64,000 nt of DNA, from positions 433-64,432 of the forward strand of contig CALIZB010000007.1 in assembly GCA_938028625.1 (NCBI GenBank), written 5' to 3'. A program made the position numbers and the translations under genes. Shown here in pieces: positions 8,800 through 17,903 of the stretch (its first letter is position 1; the number at the start of each line of letters is the position of its first letter). A model generated the notes under the pieces. It had not been told where the DNA came from. It made no database searches and was given only the letters and a program-made list of their open reading frames with translations. This DNA comes from an uncultured Bacteroidia bacterium (lineage in GTDB: Bacteria; Bacteroidota; Bacteroidia; JANWVE01).

Positions 8800-9963
8800 T
8801 TATTCTTTAGGTTGAACAATATTCTTTTCTGCCCATAGATGCACGCTTTCTATACCCCCTGTAATAGCATTAGCAATCAAATCAGGGAATAGGTTCGGAG
8901 TACAAGCAAAACAAGGAATGCCAAGTGCAGTCAAAAATTCTGCGTTGTGGTGGTCATAATAGGGGGCGCCACTGTCATCAAGGGCAAGCAAGGTAATAAA
9001 CTTTACTCGGTCATCTATAAGTTTTTTACAGCGTTTAAGCATTTCAGCCTGATTACCGCCTTCATACATATCACTGATTAAAATAAGAATAGTGTCTTCG
9101 GGTTTAGTAATTTTACTTTGACAATAGGCTAAGGCGCGGTTAATGTCTGTCCCACCCCCTAATTGAATGCCAAAAAGCATTTCTACGGGGTCTTGCAGTT
9201 CCTCCGTAAGGTCTATAACTTCGGTATCAAAAATAACTAATTGTGTTTTTATACTAGGTATAGATGCCATTACTGCCCCAAAAACAGAAGAATATACCAC
9301 CGAATTGCCCATAGAACCACTTCTGTCTATACAAAGTATAACTTGTTTAAGAGAAGGTCTTTTATGCCCAAATCCGTAACGTTTTTCAGGGATAATAGTC
9401 TGATAATCTTGCTGATAATGTTTAAGATTAGCACGTATAGTTTTATTCCAGTTAATTTCATTGTGGCGTGGTCTTAATGTAGTAATGCTTCGGTTAATAG
9501 CCCCACGAATAGTATTTTGCGTATGTTGTTCTATTTTCTTTATTAGTTCTTGTACTATTTTTTGTACAATGATATGGGCTGTTTCCTTTGTTTTACCTGA
9601 AAGACTTTTGCCCAATGATAAGATGGTAGAAACTAAATTCACATCAGGCTGTATATCTTCAATCATTTCGGGGGCGCTAAGTAAAAATTTTTCTATTCCA
9701 AATTTTTCTACGGCATCTTGCTGAATAATTTGTACTACATCATTTTCAAAATATGTACGTATATCTCCTAGCCATTTGCTGATAGATGGATTTCCTTTTC
9801 CCTTGCCGCCTTTACGTTCCTGGTCTTTGCTATCACCACCTCCCGAAGAGTCTCCATACAATACACTCAAAGCCTTGCTCATGTTTTTCCACGAAGGGGG
9901 CATACTGCTGTTGCCGTCCTCCCCAATAAGCAAATCCCATTTTTGCTCTATGTTTAAATTCAT
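8800..9963 (-). CDS. vWA domain protein, CoxE/YehP-like
   Basis: MIDAS motif CIDRSGSMGNS and ILISDMYEGG. The N-terminal region (WLGDIRTYF, DAVEKFGIEKFLL, PDVNLVSTILSL) resembles YehP-type vWA proteins from memory. Confidence 0.7.
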   Translation of the reverse strand: MNLNIEQKWDLLIGEDGNSSMPPSWKNMSKALSVLYGDSSGGGDSKDQERKGGKGKGNPSISKWLGDIRTYFENDVVQIIQQDAVEKFGIEKFLLSAPEMIEDIQPDVNLVSTILSLGKSLSGKTKETAHIIVQKIVQELIKKIEQHTQNTIRGAINRSITTLRPRHNEINWNKTIRANLKHYQQDYQTIIPEKRYGFGHKRPSLKQVILCIDRSGSMGNSVVYSSVFGAVMASIPSIKTQLVIFDTEVIDLTEELQDPVEMLFGIQLGGGTDINRALAYCQSKITKPEDTILILISDMYEGGNQAEMLKRCKKLIDDRVKFITLLALDDSGAPYYDHHNAEFLTALGIPCFACTPNLFPDLIANAITGGIESVHLWAEKNIVQPKE

Positions 9964-10201
9964 GTTAGCAATTTAGAAAATTGAAAAGATATATGCAAAT
10001 TTTACACCCAAATAAATAAGCGGCATGATACCATTCAATAATTTCTAATTGATAATGGATAATTATTATACCCAATAAAAAATGAATTGCAAAAATACCA
10101 GTGTTTGAAACAGTATATTTTTTAGCATAAAATACATGATTACCTGTACCCTCTGTGCTTTATCTTTAAACTAATTTTGTCTGAGTATAAATCATAATTC
10201 C

Positions 10202-11491
10202 TTACAGCGTGTACCATAATCCTCCATGTACAGCTATTCCTGTTCCTATTTTAGGCAATATTATTCCTGTAATTTGGTCAGAACTTAACCAAATTCCAAA
10301 TTTTTGATATACAAAACGAGCATGCAGGCCTACATTCAAGTTATTAAAACCTAATACACCTACACAACCCCCTGCGGCAAAATATTCATTGATTTTATAT
10401 TGCAAACCTGCTTCTATGTGAGGTCTATACGTAATAGAACTATGATAACCTGTTTCTATTACTCCTGAAACCTGCATTTTTTCGTTAATATCCTGTACAT
10501 ATCCTGCGCTTATCCGCATGGGAAGCATGTCTGTATATTTTTTTGTAGTTAATTTAGAACTAAATACTTTACGAAGAGTATCAAAAGCTGTGTTGTTATT
10601 ATTCTGAACAGCAAACAAATTTGGAATTACTTGCCCCTCAAAACGAAAAGCATTTGTACTTTCAGTATACGTAATAGCATTTCCGCTCCAAGATACAAAA
10701 CCTATGTTCTGTATATTGAAATAAGCTGTTTGATGTTTTTCAGCATCAAGTTGATAGGCAAGGTTAATATCAAACCCTGCACCTACCCCGTTGAATTTGA
10801 ACGCACCACTATTTCCTTTACCCAGACCTGCCGTGTTAAATTCATAATCCATAGTAAAATCAAGATATTCACCATCTTTGGCAGTAAATAAACTACCTGA
10901 AAAATGTTTAGTTCTTATCTGACGAATACCTTGCACAAATTTTACATTTCCACCTATGCTAATTTTGTCATTAAGTTGAGTAGCCCCTGTAATTTTGTAG
11001 TAGCGTACCCTGTGCCAATAAAATTTAGCTTTATCTTCTTTTACTGTTTGATTTTCAAATTGACTGTTGCCTTGCCACAAAAGTTTACCTAAATTTTTAT
11101 TATAACTGAATGCAAATAAATCATTTTCTTCTACTCCAAGACCAAAGATATATTTATCTTTTTTCATAACCACGTCTACAAGGTTAAAAGCGTATTCTGA
11201 ACCTATTACATTGCGTTTTTTACTTTTATCAGACATTTTTTTAGTTTCATCGTACGTAATAGTCTGCCCTTTAAGCAGTTTATCAACAATACTGTAACTA
11301 AAATTATTATTTCCGCCTGCAAAACGTATTCCTGTACTTACCTGCATTTTTTCCATTTCTAATTGCGGATACATAGCAGGTAAATGCGTAGCACTTATAC
11401 CCTGATTAGAAAATAACAATTGAGATTGAGCGTGTGCAAAAAAAACTGCACCGAGAGATAAAACAAGCAGATATACTTTGATATTTCGCAT
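10202..11491 (-). CDS. Putative outer-membrane beta-barrel protein
   Basis: Signal peptide MRNIKVYLLVLSLGAVFFAHAQ from the ATG at 11491. Alternating-hydrophobic strands and aromatic C-terminus GLWYTL. A TATTTTTG box lies 21 nt upstream. Confidence 0.5.
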   Translation of the reverse strand: MRNIKVYLLVLSLGAVFFAHAQSQLLFSNQGISATHLPAMYPQLEMEKMQVSTGIRFAGGNNNFSYSIVDKLLKGQTITYDETKKMSDKSKKRNVIGSEYAFNLVDVVMKKDKYIFGLGVEENDLFAFSYNKNLGKLLWQGNSQFENQTVKEDKAKFYWHRVRYYKITGATQLNDKISIGGNVKFVQGIRQIRTKHFSGSLFTAKDGEYLDFTMDYEFNTAGLGKGNSGAFKFNGVGAGFDINLAYQLDAEKHQTAYFNIQNIGFVSWSGNAITYTESTNAFRFEGQVIPNLFAVQNNNNTAFDTLRKVFSSKLTTKKYTDMLPMRISAGYVQDINEKMQVSGVIETGYHSSITYRPHIEAGLQYKINEYFAAGGCVGVLGFNNLNVGLHARFVYQKFGIWLSSDQITGIILPKIGTGIAVHGGLWYTL

Positions 11492-11530
11492 ATTTATTGT
11501 ATTTTTACCCAAAAATATAAAATAATTTTC

Positions 11531-14440
11531 ATGCAAAAAATTTTTCTTGTTTTGCTTACTTGCTCTTTTTATCTCAAACTATCTTTTGCAGACGGTTTTA
11601 TACCCAATGCAGGTCAATGGGAGTATACAGGAAAGTCTTTGCTTCGGCTTTCGCAAGGCAACTTGTGGATACATGAAAACTATCTATATTATCATTTATG
11701 GAACAATGCTGAGTTACATAACATTAAGCACCAAAAACAAGGTACTCTTCATCAAGTTGCTATACAAATGCAATGGCTAAATGCTCAAAATGCAACTATA
11801 CAACATATACAACAAAATTCAGAACTATACAGCTATTTTTATAGTAATAATCCTGAAAAATGGGTTACAGGAATACACTCTTATCAAGACGTATGGCTAA
11901 AAAATCTTTATCCTAACATACACGTACGCATGTACACACAAAATGGGCATATCAAATATGATTACATCATTTTACCCAATGCTAATCCAAACCTTATTCA
12001 ATGGAAGTATACGGGGCAAAGCAAAACAGAACTTAAAAACAACCAAATTCATATATTCAATGAAGTAGCAAGTTTTTATGAAGATATTCCTATTGCTTAT
12101 CAAATAAGCAAAAATGAAAAAAAGCCTTTACCTTGTAAATACGTGCAGAAAAATGGCGTTTTTTACTTTGAGCTAGAACAGTATAACATAAATGACACAC
12201 TCATCATAGACCCACAAATTGTATTTTCTACTTATACAGGTTCTTATGCTGATAATTGGGGCTTTACCGCTACTTATGACACACTTGGTAATGCTTACAC
12301 GGGAGGCACAGTGTATCAATTTGGGTATCCTACTACGCCAGGGGCTTTTCAAATCACGTACGGTAGTGGTTCAGGTAGTTATCCTTCTGATTGTGGCATT
12401 ATGAAACTATCCCCCGCAGGTAAGCTAATTTATGCTACTTATCTTGGGGCATTTGGTAACGAACAGCCCCATAGCCTTATTACAGATAAACAGGGCAATC
12501 TCTACATTATGGGAACTACCGCATCTGCAGGCTTTCCTACCACTACAGGAGCTTATGACAGAACCTACAACGGCGGAACTTGGGATATTTTTGTAACTAA
12601 ACTCAATAGTACAGGTACAGCACTTATAGGTTCTACATTTATCGGGGGAAGTAATAGTGATGGCATTAACCCTGAAATAAGTTCAACATTGTATTATCTC
12701 TATGGTGATGAAGCCCGCGGTGAAATTATGTTAGATGAACAAAATAACTGTTATGTAGTAAGTTGTACGCGCTCTGCTAACTTTCCTACTACAACAGGCG
12801 CTATTAAAACTACATTAAGCGGATTACAAGATGCTTGTGTATTCAAATTTAATAGTAATCTTACTACTCTGTTATACAGTACTTATATCGGCGGTAATGC
12901 TGATGATGCAGGATACGGTATTCAGGTTGATGAATTTGGACAGGCTTATATTTGTGGAGGAACAAATAGCGGTAATTTTCCTGTAAGTTCAGGTGCATAT
13001 CAAAATGTTAAACCAGGTGGAATTGACGGATTTATCACCAAAATATCTGCTGATGGTAAAAATATACTTGCTTCTACATACATAGGTACTAGTAGCTACG
13101 ACCAAAGCTATCTTATTCAGTTAGATGCACAAAAAAATGTATATGTAGTAGGTCAGACATTAGGAAATTTTCCTATTAGCAGTGGAGTGTATAATATTCC
13201 ACGAGGAACGCAGTTTATCATAAAATTAGATAGTGGATTGACAAAAAACCTGCTTTCCACTCGTTTTGGTTCAGGGAGAAGTAGTGTAGATATATCTATA
13301 AGTGCTTTTTTAGTAGATACCTGTGAATTTATCTATGTATCAGGTTGGGGAGGATTACAAACCATTGACAATGTAGTTAGTGGAAATGTCGCGAGTATGC
13401 CAATTACTAATGATGCTTTTCAAAAAGGCACAGATGGTTCTGATTTTTATTTGATGGTATTAGGTAAAGACATGAAAAACTTACTACATGCTACCTATTT
13501 TGGGGGAAATCGTTCCCAAGAACATGTAGACGGCGGTACTTCAAGATACGACAAAAACGGTGTTATTTATCAAGCTATTTGTGCAGGCTGTGGTAGAAAT
13601 TCAGATTTATACACAACCCCAGGCGTACAATCTTCTACCAATAATAGCGATAACTGTAACAACGCTGTATTAAAATTAGACTTTAAAGGTAATAAAGTTC
13701 AGCCTAAGGCACTATTTGAAGCATCACCTAAAAAAGGGTGTGTACCTTTATCTGTCAAGTTTGAAAATAAAAGCCAACAAAATTTGAATTATCTATGGCT
13801 ATTTGGTGATGGTAATACGAGTACAGCATATAGCCCTACGCATACGTACACACAAACGGGAATGTACACAGTACAATTGATTGTGAGCAATCCGCTTAAT
13901 TGTCGTGCTGTACCAGATACGGCTTTTGCGGTTATAGAAATAAGCGATATTGAGAATCCTTCGCAAAGTCAAGATACGTGTGTATGCGCAAAAAATCCTG
14001 TAACGCTTAACGCAAAGAATCCAGGGGCTACTTATCTATGGAATACAGGAGCTACGACGCAAACTATTACCGTTGAAGATAGAGGACAGTACTTTGTAAA
14101 TGTAAAAAATCAAGCAGGTTGTGAGAAAACGTTTTACTTCAATGTAGGAAATTATGTATGTCAAAAGCCTGAATTTCCTAACATTATCACTCCCTCACAA
14201 GATAACTTAAATGATAAAGTTTGCTTTAAAGTAGACGGTGTATATGATTATAGTTTATCCATTTACAACCGCTGGGGCGTAATTGTATTTGAAACACAAA
14301 ATCCTGAGGAATGTTGGACAGGAGAAAGTCAAAAGACTAAAATGCCATTGCCCGAAGGGGTATATTATTACATCATTACAGCCAAAACCTGTCAAGGTGA
14401 TAAATACAAGCAGGTAGGAAACATTACTATTATGCGATAA
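11531..14440 (+). CDS. Large secreted protein: SBBP-type beta-propeller repeats, PKD domain, T9SS type B (gliding-motility CHU_C) sorting domain
   Basis: Repeated D..GN.Y..G.T.S..FPTT.GA units. PKD segment VKFENKS...FGDGNTSTAYSPTHTYTQTGMYTVQLIVSN. C-terminus FPNIITPSQDNLNDKVCFKV...YNRWGVIVFE...GVYYYIITAK. Confidence 0.75.
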   Translation: MQKIFLVLLTCSFYLKLSFADGFIPNAGQWEYTGKSLLRLSQGNLWIHENYLYYHLWNNAELHNIKHQKQGTLHQVAIQMQWLNAQNATIQHIQQNSELYSYFYSNNPEKWVTGIHSYQDVWLKNLYPNIHVRMYTQNGHIKYDYIILPNANPNLIQWKYTGQSKTELKNNQIHIFNEVASFYEDIPIAYQISKNEKKPLPCKYVQKNGVFYFELEQYNINDTLIIDPQIVFSTYTGSYADNWGFTATYDTLGNAYTGGTVYQFGYPTTPGAFQITYGSGSGSYPSDCGIMKLSPAGKLIYATYLGAFGNEQPHSLITDKQGNLYIMGTTASAGFPTTTGAYDRTYNGGTWDIFVTKLNSTGTALIGSTFIGGSNSDGINPEISSTLYYLYGDEARGEIMLDEQNNCYVVSCTRSANFPTTTGAIKTTLSGLQDACVFKFNSNLTTLLYSTYIGGNADDAGYGIQVDEFGQAYICGGTNSGNFPVSSGAYQNVKPGGIDGFITKISADGKNILASTYIGTSSYDQSYLIQLDAQKNVYVVGQTLGNFPISSGVYNIPRGTQFIIKLDSGLTKNLLSTRFGSGRSSVDISISAFLVDTCEFIYVSGWGGLQTIDNVVSGNVASMPITNDAFQKGTDGSDFYLMVLGKDMKNLLHATYFGGNRSQEHVDGGTSRYDKNGVIYQAICAGCGRNSDLYTTPGVQSSTNNSDNCNNAVLKLDFKGNKVQPKALFEASPKKGCVPLSVKFENKSQQNLNYLWLFGDGNTSTAYSPTHTYTQTGMYTVQLIVSNPLNCRAVPDTAFAVIEISDIENPSQSQDTCVCAKNPVTLNAKNPGATYLWNTGATTQTITVEDRGQYFVNVKNQAGCEKTFYFNVGNYVCQKPEFPNIITPSQDNLNDKVCFKVDGVYDYSLSIYNRWGVIVFETQNPEECWTGESQKTKMPLPEGVYYYIITAKTCQGDKYKQVGNITIMR

Positions 14441-14508
14441 AAAATATTGAATAGAAACCTGCCCCTCTAAAAACACGTTTTCAAAAAAGTTAGAAATTAG
14501 ACAAATCA

Positions 14509-14652
14509 ATGAAAAAAATCCATTTGCCTTCAAAAATATGTGTAGTTTGTGGAAGACCTTTTGTATGGCGTAAAAAATGGGAAAAAGTATGGAATGAAGT
14601 AAAGTATTGCAGCGAAAAATGCAGAAAAAGAAGAAACATTCCCCTGAAATGA
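14509..14652 (+). CDS. DUF2256-type small zinc-ribbon protein (47 aa), not in ORF track
   Basis: Own translation: [47 protein letters not shown]. It has the CxxCGRPF.WRKKW....V.YCS..C signature, and its TGA overlaps the next ATG (ATGA). Confidence 0.6.
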   Translation: MKKIHLPSKICVVCGRPFVWRKKWEKVWNEVKYCSEKCRKRRNIPLK

Positions 14653-15458
14653 AAAAATACCTATCTTTGAGAAATAAAAATGCTATGAAAACCAAAGAAG
14701 AGATAGTTAAAAATTGGTTGCCAAGATATACAGGAACGCCTTTGGAGAACTTTGGAGAGTATATTTTGCTCACTAACTTTTCCAATTATGTACAGATGTT
14801 TGCTAATACTTACCAAGTGTCTGTAATGGGATTGGACAAACCTATGCAGACTGCAAGCAACAAAGACGGTATTACGATTATAAACTTTGGAATAGGCAGT
14901 GCTAATGCGGCTACGATTATGGATTTATTGGGTGCAATTAAACCCAAAGCCTGTTTGTTTTTGGGTAAATGTGGAGGCTTAAAGAAAAAAACAGAAGTAG
15001 GCGATTTAATTTTGCCCATTGCGGCTATCCGTGGAGAAGGTACGTCAGATGATTATTTTGACCCGCGTGTACCTGCATTACCTTCATTCAGTCTGCAAAA
15101 AGCGGTTTCTGAAACTATTACAGAATATAATCAAGACTATTGGACAGGAACTATCTATACGACAAACCGCAGAGTTTGGGAACATGATACCGTTTTTAAG
15201 GAATATTTGCATAAGATACGTGCCATTGGTATAGACATGGAAACTGCTACACTTTTTATTGTAGGTTTTGCCAATGAAATTCCACATGGTGCTTTGTTGC
15301 TTGTTTCTGACCAGCCTATGATACCCGAAGGAGTAAAAACTGCCGAGAGCGATAAGAAAGTTACAGAAGAGTTTGTTAATCTGCATCTTAAAATTGGTAT
15401 AGACTCTTTGCTTAAAGTTAAGCAGAGAGGTATTTCTGTTAAACATCTTCGTTTTTAA
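14649..15458 (+). CDS. amn: AMP nucleosidase-like protein (short PNP_UDP_1 family form)
   Basis: [23 protein letters not shown]...[15 protein letters not shown]...GKCGGL...GIDMETA. Start moved to ATG 14649, which overlaps the DUF2256 stop. Confidence 0.7.
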   Translation: MKKYLSLRNKNAMKTKEEIVKNWLPRYTGTPLENFGEYILLTNFSNYVQMFANTYQVSVMGLDKPMQTASNKDGITIINFGIGSANAATIMDLLGAIKPKACLFLGKCGGLKKKTEVGDLILPIAAIRGEGTSDDYFDPRVPALPSFSLQKAVSETITEYNQDYWTGTIYTTNRRVWEHDTVFKEYLHKIRAIGIDMETATLFIVGFANEIPHGALLLVSDQPMIPEGVKTAESDKKVTEEFVNLHLKIGIDSLLKVKQRGISVKHLRF

Positions 15459-15460
15459 TT

Positions 15461-15952
15461 ATGCTTTCTGTTGAAGAGCTAAAAATTGCCGCGAAAACTG
15501 TACAAAACGAAAACAAAAAGTTTTTTCAGAAAATAAAACAGAAAAAACCTAGAAATTTAGATACTGTTATACAGGAAATACATGAAGAAGTATTTGCAGA
15601 ATATGACTGTCTTACCTGTGCTAACTGTTGCAAAACTATATCTCCCATTATCAAAATGAGAGATATTGAGAAAATAGCTAAATATCTACGGTTATCTACT
15701 GCACAATTCATAGATAAATACCTTTACCTTGATGAAGATGAAGACTATGTATTCCAATCTACACCTTGTCCTTTTTTAGACAATGAAAACTACTGTATGA
15801 TTTACGAACACAGACCTGATGCATGCCAGGGCTATCCGCATACAGATACACATAAAACTCTTAAATTACTGAATATTATAGAAAAAAACGTGGTTGTTTG
15901 TCCTGCCACATATCATATCATTGAAAACCTGAAAAGCAGGTTAAAAATATAG
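15461..15952 (+). CDS. YkgJ-family cysteine-cluster (CxxCxxCC) protein
   Basis: CLTCANCCK plus CPFLDNENYCMIYEHRPDACQGYP. Starts 2 nt after the amn-like stop. Confidence 0.7.
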   Translation: MLSVEELKIAAKTVQNENKKFFQKIKQKKPRNLDTVIQEIHEEVFAEYDCLTCANCCKTISPIIKMRDIEKIAKYLRLSTAQFIDKYLYLDEDEDYVFQSTPCPFLDNENYCMIYEHRPDACQGYPHTDTHKTLKLLNIIEKNVVVCPATYHIIENLKSRLKI

Positions 15953-15982
15953 ATTAAACATATTTTTTATTGAGAGTTTATG

Positions 15983-16951
15983 TTAAAAAAAGGCTTCCTG
16001 CACAAGCGTTGCAAGCGCTTTGATAAATAATGGGTGGTCATTTAGACCTTCTGTAAAGCTAAAATGAGAAATATTGAGTTTTTTTGCAAGTTGTGCATAT
16101 TCTACACCAATTTCATATAGCGTTTCTAAATGGTCAGAAACAAAAGAAATAGGAATAACAATCACATTTTGAACTTTTTGTTGGGCTAATTCGTGCAAAA
16201 TATCATGAGTATAAGGTTTTAGCCATTCCATTGGTCCTACTCGGGATTGATAACTTAATATATGAGCAAAATCATAGTTTCTTGCTTGCATAATAGCTTG
16301 TACAGATTCTTCTATGTGTTTTTGATAAGGGTCTCCTTTGGCAATTTCACGTACAGGTATTCCGTGTGCAGAGAAAAGCAATACAGTATTTTGTGTATTT
16401 TGAAGTTTTTTGAGTTCTGTATCTATTCTTTCATTTATGGCTTGTATGTAAAGAGAATGAGTATGATAGGTTTTTATAGTGTGAATAGTTTTTTTGTATC
16501 CTTTTTGTACACATATTCTTTGAAAAATATCTATTGCGGCTTGGGTGGTGTTGTGAGAATAATGCGGATATAGAGGTAGGATAACAATGGCGTCAGGTTC
16601 AAATTTTTGTAAGTTTTGAAATGCTTGTAGTGCATTTGGAATACCAAAACGCATAGCTGTAACTACTTCAAAAGTATGTTCAGGGATATATGTAGAGAGG
16701 TAATTTTGTAAAGCTATTCTTTGTTTTTCTGTATTTTCGTTAATAGGAGATTTTCCACCAATTTGTGCGTATTTTTTTTTAGTTTTTTTAGCTCGCAGGT
16801 GAGAGATAGTATAAGCAAATGCTTTTCGCCATATACCTTTTAGACGTATAGGAATAATTTCTTCATCTGTAAATAAGCGGTACAAGAAAGGTTGTACATC
16901 TTGTAAATTTTTTGGTCCGCCAAGATTACATAATACAATACCAATTTTCAT
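15983..16951 (-). CDS. hemH: Ferrochelatase
   Basis: MKIGIVLCNLGGPKNLQDVQPFLYRLF..., LPLYPHYS, and a full-length match in pattern. The 16963 start in the ORF track is TTG, so ATG 16951 is used. Confidence 0.9.
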   Translation of the reverse strand: MKIGIVLCNLGGPKNLQDVQPFLYRLFTDEEIIPIRLKGIWRKAFAYTISHLRAKKTKKKYAQIGGKSPINENTEKQRIALQNYLSTYIPEHTFEVVTAMRFGIPNALQAFQNLQKFEPDAIVILPLYPHYSHNTTQAAIDIFQRICVQKGYKKTIHTIKTYHTHSLYIQAINERIDTELKKLQNTQNTVLLFSAHGIPVREIAKGDPYQKHIEESVQAIMQARNYDFAHILSYQSRVGPMEWLKPYTHDILHELAQQKVQNVIVIPISFVSDHLETLYEIGVEYAQLAKKLNISHFSFTEGLNDHPLFIKALATLVQEAFF

Positions 16952-16959
16952 GAGAATTA

Positions 16960-17823
16960 TCAATAATCGCCGAGAGTTTCAGGAAGTTGTGCAAGGGCTT
17001 GTTCAAGTTGAGCAGTATTAGGGGCTACACCGTGCCATTTATGCGTTCCTTCCATAAAATCTACACCTTTTCCCATAATGGTATGCGCTAGAATCATAAT
17101 GGGAATACCTTTATGACAAAGTGTTTGTGCATGTCTTATAGTATCAAGTATTTCGGGAATATTATGCCCATTCATTTGTAAAACCTGCCAACCAAAAGCT
17201 TCAAATTTTGCTTTTATGTCTCTGTTATTCATCACTTCTTGGGTAGTTCCGTCAATTTGTTGTCCATTTACATCAATCATAGCAATAAGATTATCTACTT
17301 TATGATGTGATGCAAAATTAGCGGCTTCCCAAATTTGTCCTTCTTGGATTTCACCATCGCCTAACATAACATAGACAATATTCTGTTCTTTATCTAATTT
17401 TTTGGCGAGAGCATGTCCGATAGCTACGGAAAAACCTTGTCCTAATGAACCCGTAGCTACTCTTATGCCTTCTAAACCTTCCTTAGTAGCGGGGTGTCCT
17501 TGTAAGCGACTGTTAATTTTTCTAAATGTAGCAAGTTCGGATAAAGGAAAATATCCTGTTCGGGCAAGTACACTGTATAAAACAGGAGAGATGTGTCCAT
17601 TAGAAAGATAAAATATGTCTTCGTTTTTTCCCTGCATAGAAAAAGGTTTAGGTTGGTGACACATGAGATTAAAATATAAGCATACTAAAATATCTGTACA
17701 ACCGAGAGAACCACCTGGATGTCCAGAAGATGCACCATGTACCATGCGTATAATATCTCTTCTTACTTGAAAAGTAATTTTTTCTAATTCCTTTATATCC
17801 TGAACAGGTGTGTAATAATTCAT
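16960..17823 (-). CDS. Transketolase, N-terminal (TPP pyrophosphate-binding) subunit
   Basis: SGHPGGSLGCTDILVCLYF, GSLGQG and MLGDGEIQEGQIWEA motifs. ATG 17823 is preceded by a -7 box at 5 nt. Confidence 0.85.
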   Translation of the reverse strand: MNYYTPVQDIKELEKITFQVRRDIIRMVHGASSGHPGGSLGCTDILVCLYFNLMCHQPKPFSMQGKNEDIFYLSNGHISPVLYSVLARTGYFPLSELATFRKINSRLQGHPATKEGLEGIRVATGSLGQGFSVAIGHALAKKLDKEQNIVYVMLGDGEIQEGQIWEAANFASHHKVDNLIAMIDVNGQQIDGTTQEVMNNRDIKAKFEAFGWQVLQMNGHNIPEILDTIRHAQTLCHKGIPIMILAHTIMGKGVDFMEGTHKWHGVAPNTAQLEQALAQLPETLGDY

Positions 17824-17828
17824 ACTTG

Positions 17829-17836
17829 CAAAACTA
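17829..17836 (-). promoter_or_regulatory. -7 box TAGTTTTG, 5 nt upstream of transketolase ATG
   Basis: Exact TAnnTTTG on the minus strand, immediately after the hppA terminator. Confidence 0.45.
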
Positions 17837-17850
17837 CACAAAAGATTAAA

Positions 17851-17879
17851 CAAAAAAGCACAGTAAGTACTACTGCGCT
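17851..17879 (-). terminator. Rho-independent terminator of hppA
   Basis: Minus-strand stem AGCGCAGTA/TACTGTGCT, loop GTACT, then TTTTTTG. Confidence 0.55.
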
Positions 17880-17903
17880 TTTGATAAAATTAAAAAAGTT
17901 ACT

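Noticed and set aside
10172-10179. TAATTTTG box on the plus strand pointing antisense into the 3' end of the beta-barrel gene
   Set aside because: Isolated TAnnTTTG matches are expected dozens of times by chance at this base composition. There is no ORF or structure downstream.
14255-14785. 176-aa minus-strand ORF
   Set aside because: It overlaps the 3' end of the T9SS type B gene, the DUF2256 gene and the nucleosidase start. Its low-complexity Phe/Leu-rich translation is typical of antisense AT-rich DNA.
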